Positions 9,611 through 19,096 of a stretch of 64,000 nt of DNA are shown here, piece after piece (within the stretch, counting starts at the first letter, position 1; every line of letters starts with the position of its first letter). Both the position numbers and the translations under genes were made by a program. Where the stretch lies: the NCBI GenBank assembly GCA_043803745.1, contig JAZDJS010000021.1:1-64000 (forward strand), written 5' to 3'. The notes under the pieces are model-generated. The model had not been told where the DNA came from. It searched no databases and saw only the letters and a program-made list of their open reading frames with translations. Source of the DNA: an archaeon. Lineage in GTDB: Archaea; SpSt-1190; DYHY01.

Positions 9611-9964
9611 CTACCAGCCGTCGATTTCCCTGAAGACCCCGGAAACCCACGAATTTGCGGACGCCTTCATCCTGCGCCGTATCTCTCCCGGAGCCTTCGC
9701 CGAGTAGAGGAAGGAGAACCCGCCGGACGCGCGGTCGGACTTTTTCCTTTCCGCAAGTTTCTTCCGGACGAGCCCCTTTACGCTCTTCTGAATCCCGGTC
9801 CGGTCAAGGGACAGGCGCGCAGCAATTTCCGAAACCCCGAGCCCCTTCCCGGACCGCATAAGGATTGAGAGGATTTTATATTCCGTCTTGGAAAGCGCAA
9901 AGCTGCACCTGACTATTTCCTCCATTTCAATCCGCTTGCAGGCGAAATGTATCATTGACATCAC
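9611..9964 (-). CDS. TrmB-like winged-HTH transcriptional regulator
   Basis: LSKTEY.IL...EIAARLSLDRTGIQKSVKGL..K.L..R. Confidence 0.85.
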   Translation of the reverse strand: MMSMIHFACKRIEMEEIVRCSFALSKTEYKILSILMRSGKGLGVSEIAARLSLDRTGIQKSVKGLVRKKLAERKKSDRASGGFSFLYSAKAPGEIRRRMKASANSWVSGVFREIDGW

Positions 9965-11427
9965 CTCAGATTCAGGACAGTCGACTTTAGTCTCGTGAGG
10001 TTCTCAATGCTGTAGCGTATCCCCTGGGCGCCTATCCCGGAGGATTTGGCTCCGACAAACGGGAAGTTGTCCGGACCCCTTGCCGGCTTGCCGTTTATCT
10101 GCACGGTTCCTACTTCGAGGGCGCGGGCAATCTCGAAAGCCCGGTCGATGTTCTCCGTGAAAACCGACGCCTGGAGTCCGTATTCGGATTTGTTCGCTAT
10201 CTCGACTGCTTCGGCAACCGACTTGACCCGGATCACCGGGAGAACCGGCCCGAAAGGTTCCTCCCAGGCGAGGCGGGATTCGAGCGGAACCCGGTCAAAT
10301 ACGACGGGATGTATCAGGGAGCCCTCCCGCTTAAGCTCGTTCAGGGGAATCGCTCCGAGTTTCCTCGCTTCCTCTATCAGTTCCCAGACATATTCGGCTG
10401 CTCCGTCGTCAATGAGGTTCGTTATGTCGCTGTCATCCTCGGGCCTCCCGACCGTGAGCTTCCCGGCGAGTTCCGCAACAAGTGAGACCACCCGCTCCCC
10501 CGTGCTGTCGCCGTCAATCGTCAGGACCCTTTTCACCGCAGTGCATCTCTGCCCGGAATAAGAAAACGCTCCCGAGACAATTGCCTTGGCGGTCTCCTCG
10601 ACGTTTGCGTCCGGAAGTATTATTGCGGCATCCTTCCCCCCAAGCTCGAGAAGGAGCGGAATCATCCCGGAGCTTTTCGCTATTCGCATCCCCGTTGGCG
10701 TTCCCCCGGTGAAATAGACTGCGGATGCTTTCGGATGCGTGACCAGATAATCCCCGATCTCGGAGCCCCGCCCCGTCATTGCCGAGAGGCAGCCCTTTGG
10801 CAGGCCCGCGCGGACGAAAACCTCGGCAAGGTAAAGCCCGGAAACCGACCCCTGGGTTGCCGGCTTGAAAACGACCGAATTTCCGGCAACAAGAGCCGGG
10901 CCTATTTTCGACGCGGCAAGGTTTATCGGATAGTTGAATGGGGAAATCGCAACAACAACCCCGAGGGGCACGCGCTCGACAAGGGAAACTTTGTTTCTCT
11001 TTCCCCCCGGAAGCGAGTCCCCGTGGACGATCTCCCCGGAAATGCGCTTCCCTTCCTCGGCGGAATATTCCAGGAGTTCTGCCGTCCTGAGAACCTCGTC
11101 ATCCGCAAGCTTTTTCGGCTTGGAAATCTCCCTGACGAGGATTTGCGAAAGTTCCTCCTTGTTCTCCCGGATTATTGCCGCAGCCCGCTGCATTACGCCT
11201 GCCCGGTCAACCGCGGGAATCTCGGCCCAGATTTTCTGGGCGCGGAAAGCCTCCGAAAACGCGATGTCTATCTCCCCCTTTGCAGCCTGCTGTATCCGGC
11301 CAATCAACTCCCTGCTATGGGGCGACCTCACCTCAACGGTCCTCCCTGACGAGGATTTTTTCCATTCACCGCCGAGGAGAAGGAGGAATTCGCCACCGGC
11401 CGTTATTGAGGAAACAATCGAAGGCAT
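9961..11427 (-). CDS. gapN: NADP-dependent non-phosphorylating glyceraldehyde-3-phosphate dehydrogenase (ALDH superfamily)
   Basis: PFNYP.NL, FKPATQG, LELGGKD, YSGQRCTA, EEPFGP, RGPD.FPF. Confidence 0.88.
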   Translation of the reverse strand: MPSIVSSITAGGEFLLLLGGEWKKSSSGRTVEVRSPHSRELIGRIQQAAKGEIDIAFSEAFRAQKIWAEIPAVDRAGVMQRAAAIIRENKEELSQILVREISKPKKLADDEVLRTAELLEYSAEEGKRISGEIVHGDSLPGGKRNKVSLVERVPLGVVVAISPFNYPINLAASKIGPALVAGNSVVFKPATQGSVSGLYLAEVFVRAGLPKGCLSAMTGRGSEIGDYLVTHPKASAVYFTGGTPTGMRIAKSSGMIPLLLELGGKDAAIILPDANVEETAKAIVSGAFSYSGQRCTAVKRVLTIDGDSTGERVVSLVAELAGKLTVGRPEDDSDITNLIDDGAAEYVWELIEEARKLGAIPLNELKREGSLIHPVVFDRVPLESRLAWEEPFGPVLPVIRVKSVAEAVEIANKSEYGLQASVFTENIDRAFEIARALEVGTVQINGKPARGPDNFPFVGAKSSGIGAQGIRYSIENLTRLKSTVLNLR

Positions 11428-11433
11428 CCCGGT

Positions 11434-11769
11434 TCACTCCTCAATATCCTTCAAGAGGCCTTCAATGTCCTTCCTCAGGGCGGCCTCCGGACGGAAGCCG
11501 ACGAGTTTCGCATGGGGTTTTCCCCCCTTGAAAACCAGGAGGGTCGGTATGCTCATTATCCCGTAGCGCCCCGCAATTTCCTGGTTCGAGTCGGTCTCCA
11601 ACTTCGCGAACTTGAGCTTGCCGGAAAATTCTCCGGAAAGCTTCTCGAAAACCGGCCCCATCATGCGGCAGGGCCCGCACCATTCCGCCCAGAAATCGAC
11701 AATCACCGACTTCGCGCTCTTCTCAACTTCCCTTTGGAAATTCTCCCCGTCCAAATGCACTATTGACAT
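11434..11769 (-). CDS. trxA: thioredoxin
   Basis: DFWAEWCGPC and SIPT motifs. Confidence 0.97.
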   Translation of the reverse strand: MSIVHLDGENFQREVEKSAKSVIVDFWAEWCGPCRMMGPVFEKLSGEFSGKLKFAKLETDSNQEIAGRYGIMSIPTLLVFKGGKPHAKLVGFRPEAALRKDIEGLLKDIEE

Positions 11770-11788
11770 CCCGTTTCCCTCTTACTGT

Positions 11789-11824
11789 GTGAATTTTCCA
11801 TTCACCTGTGAAAATAATAATCAC
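11789..11824. promoter_or_regulatory. Tandem GTGA-N9-TCAC palindromes (candidate operator) between the TATA box and trxA
   Basis: 11789-11805 GTGA-ATTTTCCAT-TCAC and 11808-11824 GTGA-AAATAATAA-TCAC; minus-strand TATTTAAA at about 11830-11837. Confidence 0.55.
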
Positions 11825-11878
11825 TACCGTTTAAATAAGTTTCGGAGGGGGGAATCAAAGAAAAAAGAGAAAGAAAAA

Positions 11879-11959
11879 TCATTTTTTCTTCTTCGTGACC
11901 TTCGGCTTCTTCTTCTTTTTCACCGAGTGGGCCCCCCCGCAGTCGCAGCAGCATTTCAT
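11879..11959 (-). CDS. 26-aa Cys/Lys-rich microprotein MKCCCDCGGAHSVKKKKKPKVTKKKK
   Basis: ATG 11959 to TGA 11879; GGGGTGA SD-like motif upstream; U-rich tract downstream. Confidence 0.6.
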   Translation of the reverse strand: MKCCCDCGGAHSVKKKKKPKVTKKKK

Positions 11960-12056
11960 TTTTTTCCTTATCACCCCTTTTCAGCTTGGGCCTGTTGTAG
12001 GTATTTATCCTTAATTGGACGGCATTTCTTAAAAAGGACTGGCGAGTTTCCGGCTT

Positions 12057-12962
12057 ATGGAAAAAAGACCCCTTGCGTCCCTGGCTTCCGCGGCTTCCCT
12101 GGCAATTGCGCTTGTCGTCCTTGCGGCGCTTCTTGTGGCTGTCCCGGCGGGCTTCTCGGCATGCCCTGTCGGGACCTACCCGGATTCCGACGATTCCGAC
12201 TGCAAGGAAGGCGTCCCCTATTCCGTTTCCGTTGCGCACAGGAACCTCGGGAGCGGAAGGATGCAGTTTGACATAACGATAACCAACATTGCCCAAAGGT
12301 CCGTTATCGGGATAACCTCGAGCTCCGAACATGTCGTTCCCGCTTTCTATTATTCGGACGGGTCGAAGGTCCAGCTAGGGGATTATTCCCGGGAAACCAC
12401 GACTGCAAGCATTGCAAAGGGCGGCTGCGGAATCTACCCGGTTTATCCCGGAGAATCCGTGACCTTCTCGACAGTTTCGGTGTTCAAGCCGGGCCAGGAT
12501 GGGAAAGCGCTGACCGCCTCGGCCGACATAATAAACTGGATGGTCCTCCCAGCATACCCGACCTGCTCGCCAATAGGCGCCCAGGGGAGGGAGAACCGGG
12601 CGGGAACCGACAAGTTCGTTTTCAGGTATGAAAATGCGGGCTCTTCTGAGGCTTCTTGCTCAGCCGAAGGAACGAGCTGCGTCGGAAAGGTCTGCTGCGA
12701 AGGGCTTTACTGCAATTCCGCGGGAGCCTGCGCGAAAATAACGAGCGGCTCGCCTTCCGCCGGCGACAGCGGAGACGGGCCGGGAAGTCCGGCCGGAAGC
12801 CGGAGCGGGAACCCGGCCTGGAACGGCACCGGGAGCCTGATAAGCAACCCGGTTGTCCTCGGAATGCTCCTTGGCGTTGTTGTCCTTGGCGCGGTTGCAT
12901 ATTTCGTTTTCATCAGGGGGAAAAATGGAGAGGAAAGCGGCCGCCAGAGGCACAAAAAGTAG
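12057..12962 (+). CDS. Secreted, C-terminally membrane-anchored Cys-rich surface protein
   Basis: Signal peptide, Cys-rich module, G/S/P linker, C-terminal TM and basic tail. Confidence 0.75.
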   Translation: MEKRPLASLASAASLAIALVVLAALLVAVPAGFSACPVGTYPDSDDSDCKEGVPYSVSVAHRNLGSGRMQFDITITNIAQRSVIGITSSSEHVVPAFYYSDGSKVQLGDYSRETTTASIAKGGCGIYPVYPGESVTFSTVSVFKPGQDGKALTASADIINWMVLPAYPTCSPIGAQGRENRAGTDKFVFRYENAGSSEASCSAEGTSCVGKVCCEGLYCNSAGACAKITSGSPSAGDSGDGPGSPAGSRSGNPAWNGTGSLISNPVVLGMLLGVVVLGAVAYFVFIRGKNGEESGRQRHKK

Positions 12963-14466
12963 GGCGTTGAAGGGAAGAAAGCCCCGCCTCCTCCTTGTGA
13001 ACCCGCCGCACACCCTTTACAGGAACTCCCCGATTTTTTCAGTTTACGTTCCTACGGGATTGCTCGGCCTTGCCGCGAATGTGAGGGATTTGTGCGGCGA
13101 GATTTCTGTGCTCGATTGCCTTATCGAGAATCCAATCCCAAGGAAAAATCCGGACGGAAGCGTTTCCTGCGGCTTGGGTTTTCCGGAAATAGCAAGGCGG
13201 CTTTCCGAATTCGCCCCGGATTTCGTCGGGATTGCGAGCCCGTTCGCATCCCAGGCGGGGAATGCGAGGGAGATTGCGGGAATCTGCAGGAAAGTCTGCC
13301 CGGGTGCGGAAATAATTTTCGGGGGGCCCGACGCATCAACACGGTTCAGGGAATACCTCGGGAAGGGCGTTGCCGATTACTGCGTCGTCGGGGAAGGGGA
13401 GTTCATCCTCCGGGATTTCTTCAGGGGCCTTTCCAAGGTGAAGGGGCTTGCGGTCAGGAAAGGCGGGAAAATCCTCCTTACGCCCCGGAAATTCGAAAGG
13501 AACCTTGACAAGCTTCCGCTCCCGGCATATGACCTGGTGGACCTTGGGAAATACCTTTCGAATCCGCGTCTTTATTCCGGAAGGGGGCTCATTCCCGAAA
13601 GGTCGGTCCCCATTGTCACAAGCAGGGGCTGCCCCTACAAATGCACCTTCTGCTCAATACATCTCCACATGGGGAGGAGGTTCAGGGCGCATTCCCCGGA
13701 ATATGTCGTCAGGCACATAAGGCTGCTTTATGAAAAATACGGCGTGAGGAACTTCCATTTCGAGGATGACGGGCTTTCCCTCGACAGGAAACGGTTTGAA
13801 AAGATCCTCGATCTCCTGATTAAAAGCGGGATGAGAATCAAGTGGGACGCCCCGAACGGCGTAAGGGCGGACAGCCTCGACAGGAAGCTTATCGGGAAGA
13901 TGAAGAAAAGCGGGTGCTTCCAGGTGAAGATAGGGATCGAATCGGGGAACCAGCGGATTCTTGACGGGGTTGTGAGAAAGAACCTTTCCCTTGGGAAAGT
14001 CGTCTCGGTTGCGAAGGAATGCAAGGAAGCTGGCCTGAACTGCGCGGCGTTCTATGTCATCGGCTTCCCGGGGGAGACAATACGGAACATGGAGGAAACT
14101 TCTGAATTCGCGCTCAGGCTCCTCAGGGAATGTGACGTTTTCCCCCATCTTTTCATCGCAACCCCGATATACGGAACGGAACTTCACAGGCTTTGCGTTG
14201 AGAAAGGCTATGTTTCCGAGGTTACTGAAAGGGCGCTTGCGGAATCAACGGTTTCCTGGGGCGAGAACGTCATAGAAACCGGGGAGTTCAGCAAGAGGGA
14301 TGTCAGACAGGTTCTTGAAAGGTTCTACCGGAAAGCGCTTCCCGAGTTCATCGGATATTTCATTAGGAAGCCGGGACTCCTCGCAAGGGCCGGAAAGCTC
14401 GCGCTCTTGAACGGGTCCACCCTCTTCTTCCTCGGAAAATACTTTTCTTTCAGGAAAGGAGCTTGA
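12925..14466 (+). CDS. B12-binding domain radical SAM protein (start approximate)
   Basis: LLVNPP..P.GL, GGP, GEGE, TSRGCPYKCTFC (CxxxCxxC), GIESG, IGFPGET. Confidence 0.92.
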   Translation: MERKAAARGTKSRALKGRKPRLLLVNPPHTLYRNSPIFSVYVPTGLLGLAANVRDLCGEISVLDCLIENPIPRKNPDGSVSCGLGFPEIARRLSEFAPDFVGIASPFASQAGNAREIAGICRKVCPGAEIIFGGPDASTRFREYLGKGVADYCVVGEGEFILRDFFRGLSKVKGLAVRKGGKILLTPRKFERNLDKLPLPAYDLVDLGKYLSNPRLYSGRGLIPERSVPIVTSRGCPYKCTFCSIHLHMGRRFRAHSPEYVVRHIRLLYEKYGVRNFHFEDDGLSLDRKRFEKILDLLIKSGMRIKWDAPNGVRADSLDRKLIGKMKKSGCFQVKIGIESGNQRILDGVVRKNLSLGKVVSVAKECKEAGLNCAAFYVIGFPGETIRNMEETSEFALRLLRECDVFPHLFIATPIYGTELHRLCVEKGYVSEVTERALAESTVSWGENVIETGEFSKRDVRQVLERFYRKALPEFIGYFIRKPGLLARAGKLALLNGSTLFFLGKYFSFRKGA

Positions 14467-14797
14467 TTCCTGCGGGCATCAGGAGAAGCCAGTTCTCGTC
14501 AAGCTGCATTATGTTTCCGGTTTTCTCAACCTGGAGCTTCAGCCGATCGACCGCGCGCCTGAGCTCTTCCCCCTTCTTAGCCCGGAGAGGCCTTATGTCG
14601 ATAAGGATTGCCCGGTTGCCCTCGCGGAAAGAGTCAAGAATCCATTCAACCGCGGGCATCTTGTCAAGGACCGTTGTCTGGAAGAAGGCGATTTTCTCAT
14701 TCACGCCCTCGACAAGCCCGGCCTCCAGAACGTCGTCGCTCTTCTCCTTGAGGGGCCTCAGCTTGAACTTTCCATCCGGAGCGTTTGTGGTAACCAT
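14450..14797 (-). CDS. sepF: cell division protein SepF (DUF552)
   Basis: FREGN..ILIDIRPL....ELRRAVDRLK...G.I......WLLL.P. Confidence 0.8.
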   Translation of the reverse strand: MVTTNAPDGKFKLRPLKEKSDDVLEAGLVEGVNEKIAFFQTTVLDKMPAVEWILDSFREGNRAILIDIRPLRAKKGEELRRAVDRLKLQVEKTGNIMQLDENWLLLMPAGIKLLS

Positions 14798-14885
14798 GCG
14801 GGGGTTCCGGGAGTTGGGATATAAAACACTTTCCGAGGGCTGGGAATGGATGGATACAAGGAAACGTCACTAACGGGAATCTGAG

Positions 14886-15506
14886 CTAGCCACTTTCCTC
14901 GCCAACAGGCGCTGCTAACTTTTCCGCTCTCAAAAGGACATACCTGTCCGGTCCTTCCCGGGGGAAAATGCTCCCGTCTTTTTCAAGGGAGAGCCCGCCT
15001 TCCGGAGTGAAGGAATATGTGTTGCAGCTGAGAACGTTGTAACCGTGTCTTTCAAGTATTTCCGAATAAGCTAACCTCGTAGCGTCCCAGTCCGCTCCTG
15101 CCGCAAGCCGTAACACTAGCGGGTTTATTTTCTCGGCGATTATCAGTTCCCCTTCTTCTTTGGTGTTGTATTCAGCAAAGGCGAGAGTAGTTCCCGCAAC
15201 CGCATCGGCCTTAGCTTTCGTTCCGTCGTTTCCAGATTCAATCGCTGAAGCGAAAGTGTCGCACATGACGAAGGTGTCGGCAAGGAAGGGGTAACCGGGC
15301 GACTCGAGTGTTTCTTGTAGAGGTTTGACTCTAGGAGCGAGGCCAAGCAGGTTATTGCTCAGCGCCTTCCAAATCAAATGGTCCATCGGGTCCTCAAACG
15401 GTTCAGCCTGCCCTTGGAATATTTTCACCCTGTGCTCGACAAGGTCTGCTCTATTGTTTTCAATAGAGTTTGGCTCGTAATAATAGACGTTCTTTGGGTC
15501 AGCCAT
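14886..15506 (-). CDS. orphan hypothetical protein (appears lower in GC)
   Basis: ATG 15506 about 25 nt after TTTAAA; long ORF filling the gap. Confidence 0.65.
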   Translation of the reverse strand: MADPKNVYYYEPNSIENNRADLVEHRVKIFQGQAEPFEDPMDHLIWKALSNNLLGLAPRVKPLQETLESPGYPFLADTFVMCDTFASAIESGNDGTKAKADAVAGTTLAFAEYNTKEEGELIIAEKINPLVLRLAAGADWDATRLAYSEILERHGYNVLSCNTYSFTPEGGLSLEKDGSIFPREGPDRYVLLRAEKLAAPVGEESG

Positions 15507-15587
15507 TGAAGAAAAAACCAGGTGTGATTTAAAAAGATTCACCACTTTGGAAGAAGATTCTAGAGAATTGCGTTCTCCAGATGCCTC

Positions 15588-18386
15588 TTATTCGAAATAA
15601 ATCGCCGGTTTCCCAGGGAGAGCCTGCTTTGCCTTTGGATTCTGCGAGCCTTCCGCAAGCTCGACAGCAACGGGCTTTCCGAGCTCGGCGGAAAGGAAAC
15701 TTGCCGCCCCGGAGAGGATTGCCTGCTCCTTTCCGGAATCAATCGAGGTGTCCGGGAGCTTTGACGGGTCTTTCAGGAGCTTCTGGATAAGCTGGACTGC
15801 CGAGCCTCCGGCCGCTTTCGCCCCGGGAATTCCCATCGCCGCCTTGATCACTTCCTGCTGGGACTTGCCCGCGCTTTCCCGGACGAGCTTGACTGTTTCA
15901 GCCTTCCAATTTTCGGCAACATAGAGGTGGATTTTGGAATATTCCTTCTGGAAAATCTTGGAAATCTCCCTGCAATCCTCTAGGATGCGCCCGAGAATTT
16001 CCTCGCCAGCCCAGGTCGATTTGTCAACCGGCAGGGAGGGCCAGGAAACCGTTGAGACAAGCCCGACCTCTTTCAGATTGCTCCAGATTCTCTCGGAGGA
16101 GAAGGGAGTCACCGGGGAAAGACCTATTGCAAGAGCGCGGTAGAATTTGCGGAGGGTTTCCGGGCTTTCGCCGCCCCGCTTCTGATACCATCTCAGGTCG
16201 GAAAGCGAATCGAAGAAAATCGCCTGGAGAGCTGTCCTCGTCTTTATCTCGGAATATGCCGCGTAAGCCCGCTCAAGATTTCCCGCAATCCGGGAGTCTA
16301 ACCAGGAGTCGAGCTGGGGATTTTTCGTTCCCTCTGGAATCTCGGCTGACTGGACAACAAGCGCGCCAAGCTTCTGCCTGAAGCTTTCGGCATCCGAACG
16401 CCGCCAGTCCGGATCGTTCGCCTCCTCAGCTGCGTAGACAAGGGAGAACCGGACGGCATCCGCGCCGTACTTCGAAAGGGCTTCCTTGAGCGTGACGAAA
16501 TTGCCCTTTGATTTCGACATCTTCTCCCCCTCGACGTTCACATAGCCATTGGCTGCGATTGAAACCGGCCAGAATTTTTCTTCAAAGAGGGCAACGTGAT
16601 GGAAAATGTAGAAAGTCAGATGATTCTGGACAAGGTCCTTCCCGCTTCCCCGCAAATCAACCGGATACCAGTATTCGAAGCTTGCCTTCATCCTTTCAGC
16701 CCAGGCTCCGGCTGAAGAAGGCCTTTTGCCGTTCCTGAAGATGTAGTCAAGGATCTCGTCCGTAAGGTCTGCCGGAGTCAGTTTCTCCTCCTTGATTATG
16801 TGGGAAACTGTGTAGTAAGCCATGTAAATCACCGAATCCGAAAGGGTTTCGACAATCCAGGATTTGTCCCAGGGCAAAGGGGTGCCGAGCCCGGAGCGGC
16901 GGGCGCAGGCCTTGTCATGGAGCCAGTCGACCGTGTTCTCGAACTGGGTCCGGTAGGTTTCGGGACGGAAGTTCATTTTCGAGATTGCCTTCTTCACTTT
17001 GACCTTCCAGGCTTCGTCGGAGAATTTCAGGAACCACTGGTTCTCGAGAATCTTCACAATGCAGGTCGTTCCGCAGCGGCAGACAACATTGTCGTCGGCT
17101 TCCCAGATGAAATCCAGGATTCCCGCCGCGAAGAAATCTTTCTTAAGCTGCTCCTTGCATGCGTCAACGGACATCCCGGCGTATTTGCCGGAGACTGGGA
17201 GCATCTTTCCCTCGTGATGTTCCTTCCGGTAAATTTCCTCCTTCGCCTTCTGGAGCTTGTCGGCATCCTTCTGGCTTGATATTCCGAGGCGCTCGACAAT
17301 CTCCTTCGAGGGATGCTCGCCATATCCCGGGACGGTTATCACCGCAACGGGCGTCAGCGAAGAGATTTCTTCGGGGTCGATCCCGTATTCGCTGAGGATG
17401 GAGGGATTTTTCTTCAAATCCTCCTCCCCGACCCAGTCGAAAGGGGCGTGCGAGGGAACGGACATCACAACCCCCGTCGTATGGCTACCATCTACGAAGT
17501 CGGCTGGAAGGATTATCATCCATTTGCCGTTCGCCGGATTCCTGCATTTCTTCCCGAAGAATTCCCTCGGGCTGAAAGGCGGGCTGACCTCCCCGACATC
17601 ATTCCGCTGGTTCCGGAGTTTCTCAACCGACTTTTCCGAGACAATCCAGGTTTCCTTTCCGATTTTCACGTCAACATACTTTTCGCTAGGATTGAGGAAC
17701 ATCGAAGTCACTCCGAAGATTGTTTCGGGCCGGAGGGTTGCCGGGGTGAGGATTCTCCCGTCCTCGAGAGGGAACTTGAGAATTGAAAAGTCCTGGGGAC
17801 TTGCGCCCTCCCCGTAAAGTCGGTCATGGTCGCCGGTCGGGCTCTGGCATCTTGTGCAGTAGATTACCGGATGAGTCCCCTGGACAACATATCCCAGCGC
17901 GCGGAGGGTGTTGTATTGCCATTCGATGAAGCGGGAGAATGTCGGGGTGAGCTGCGTCGTGACGAAGGTCCTCCTCCAGTCAATCGAGCCTCCGATTGCG
18001 TCAAGGGTTTCCTTGAAAATCCCCTTCCAATAGTTCACAATGTAGACCGGTTCGGTGAACTTGCCCAGTTCCCCTTCCGGGACCCCCGAATCAAGGAGAA
18101 TTTGCCTCTGCTTCTCGTCGCCGGCTTTCAGGCGGGAGGCAACACCGGCAATAGGCTCGCCGGTCGCGTGGAAACCGAACGGGAAGAGGACGTTTTTTCC
18201 TTTCAGCCTTTGGAACCTTGCGGAAACGTCAAGGCGGGTGAATGTATAGCCATGCCCCATGTGCATTGCGCCGTTGACATATGGGAAGGGGAAAGTGAGG
18301 AAGAACTTTTGGCGCGAGTCTGGCTCCGCCTCGAAAACCCGCTCCTCCTGCCAGGTTTTGGAGATTTCGGATTCTGATCGTTCCAT
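15588..18386 (-). CDS. leuS: leucine--tRNA ligase (archaeal type)
   Basis: PFPYVNG.MHMGH, ATLRPET, KMSKSKGN, C-terminal KAKQALPGKPAIYFE. Confidence 0.97.
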   Translation of the reverse strand: MERSESEISKTWQEERVFEAEPDSRQKFFLTFPFPYVNGAMHMGHGYTFTRLDVSARFQRLKGKNVLFPFGFHATGEPIAGVASRLKAGDEKQRQILLDSGVPEGELGKFTEPVYIVNYWKGIFKETLDAIGGSIDWRRTFVTTQLTPTFSRFIEWQYNTLRALGYVVQGTHPVIYCTRCQSPTGDHDRLYGEGASPQDFSILKFPLEDGRILTPATLRPETIFGVTSMFLNPSEKYVDVKIGKETWIVSEKSVEKLRNQRNDVGEVSPPFSPREFFGKKCRNPANGKWMIILPADFVDGSHTTGVVMSVPSHAPFDWVGEEDLKKNPSILSEYGIDPEEISSLTPVAVITVPGYGEHPSKEIVERLGISSQKDADKLQKAKEEIYRKEHHEGKMLPVSGKYAGMSVDACKEQLKKDFFAAGILDFIWEADDNVVCRCGTTCIVKILENQWFLKFSDEAWKVKVKKAISKMNFRPETYRTQFENTVDWLHDKACARRSGLGTPLPWDKSWIVETLSDSVIYMAYYTVSHIIKEEKLTPADLTDEILDYIFRNGKRPSSAGAWAERMKASFEYWYPVDLRGSGKDLVQNHLTFYIFHHVALFEEKFWPVSIAANGYVNVEGEKMSKSKGNFVTLKEALSKYGADAVRFSLVYAAEEANDPDWRRSDAESFRQKLGALVVQSAEIPEGTKNPQLDSWLDSRIAGNLERAYAAYSEIKTRTALQAIFFDSLSDLRWYQKRGGESPETLRKFYRALAIGLSPVTPFSSERIWSNLKEVGLVSTVSWPSLPVDKSTWAGEEILGRILEDCREISKIFQKEYSKIHLYVAENWKAETVKLVRESAGKSQQEVIKAAMGIPGAKAAGGSAVQLIQKLLKDPSKLPDTSIDSGKEQAILSGAASFLSAELGKPVAVELAEGSQNPKAKQALPGKPAIYFE

Positions 18387-18481
18387 CGGCGGAAAGGGCG
18401 CGCAGGCTGTTTTTAAGGGTTGAGGGGGGATTGGACGAAAAGGACGGAAAGTTTTAAAATCACTTGAATGTGGTCACAAAC

Positions 18482-19096
18482 GTGGCGAAAGATTTCGTTG
18501 TTGTTACCGGGATTGGCGAGTTTTCTCTTCTTACTGACCTTTTGGAAACTCCTGGAAGGGAAAATCTTGACCTAAAATATTCGGCGAGGGTTTCGACAGG
18601 CCTCTTGGGCCTCGCAACCTGTCCCGCAGGAAACGCTTCCTATGCCCCGAAAGGGATGCCGGATGTTCTTATTGCGGACGGGCCCGAAGGAGTCGCTGGC
18701 CTTGTTGCCCTTGGTTTCATACCTTGCCCTGTTTGCAAGCCGGAAGAGCAGGCGGATTTCTGGCCTGCTGTCGGGGAACTTGTCGGGGAGAAATATCCGG
18801 GGATAGCTTCGCCAAAGGATTTCGCTGACAAGGAAAAGGTTCCGTATGATGTCAGAGAAACGGCTCTGAAAGCAATAGTTTTGCGGACCGGAGCTTTCCC
18901 TAACCGGCTCTATCTTCCAAGAGACTTGAGCGAGCAAGAAATTCTGCAACTTGCGGCGAGGCTCGGAGACATTCAGGATCTTGTTTTGGCTGGCTCCGGA
19001 AAATCAATTCATCTGCCGCAGGTAGGATGTTACGACCGCGATGCGCCAGGTCACTTCAGGGAATACGAACTTCCAAAACTCAGGTCTGATATTTAG
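18482..19096 (+). CDS. hypothetical protein with an Ada-like metal-binding motif
   Basis: STGLLGLATCPA...GFIPCPVCKP resembles Ada TTGIFCRPSC...GFRPCKRC.P. Confidence 0.6.
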   Translation: MAKDFVVVTGIGEFSLLTDLLETPGRENLDLKYSARVSTGLLGLATCPAGNASYAPKGMPDVLIADGPEGVAGLVALGFIPCPVCKPEEQADFWPAVGELVGEKYPGIASPKDFADKEKVPYDVRETALKAIVLRTGAFPNRLYLPRDLSEQEILQLAARLGDIQDLVLAGSGKSIHLPQVGCYDRDAPGHFREYELPKLRSDI

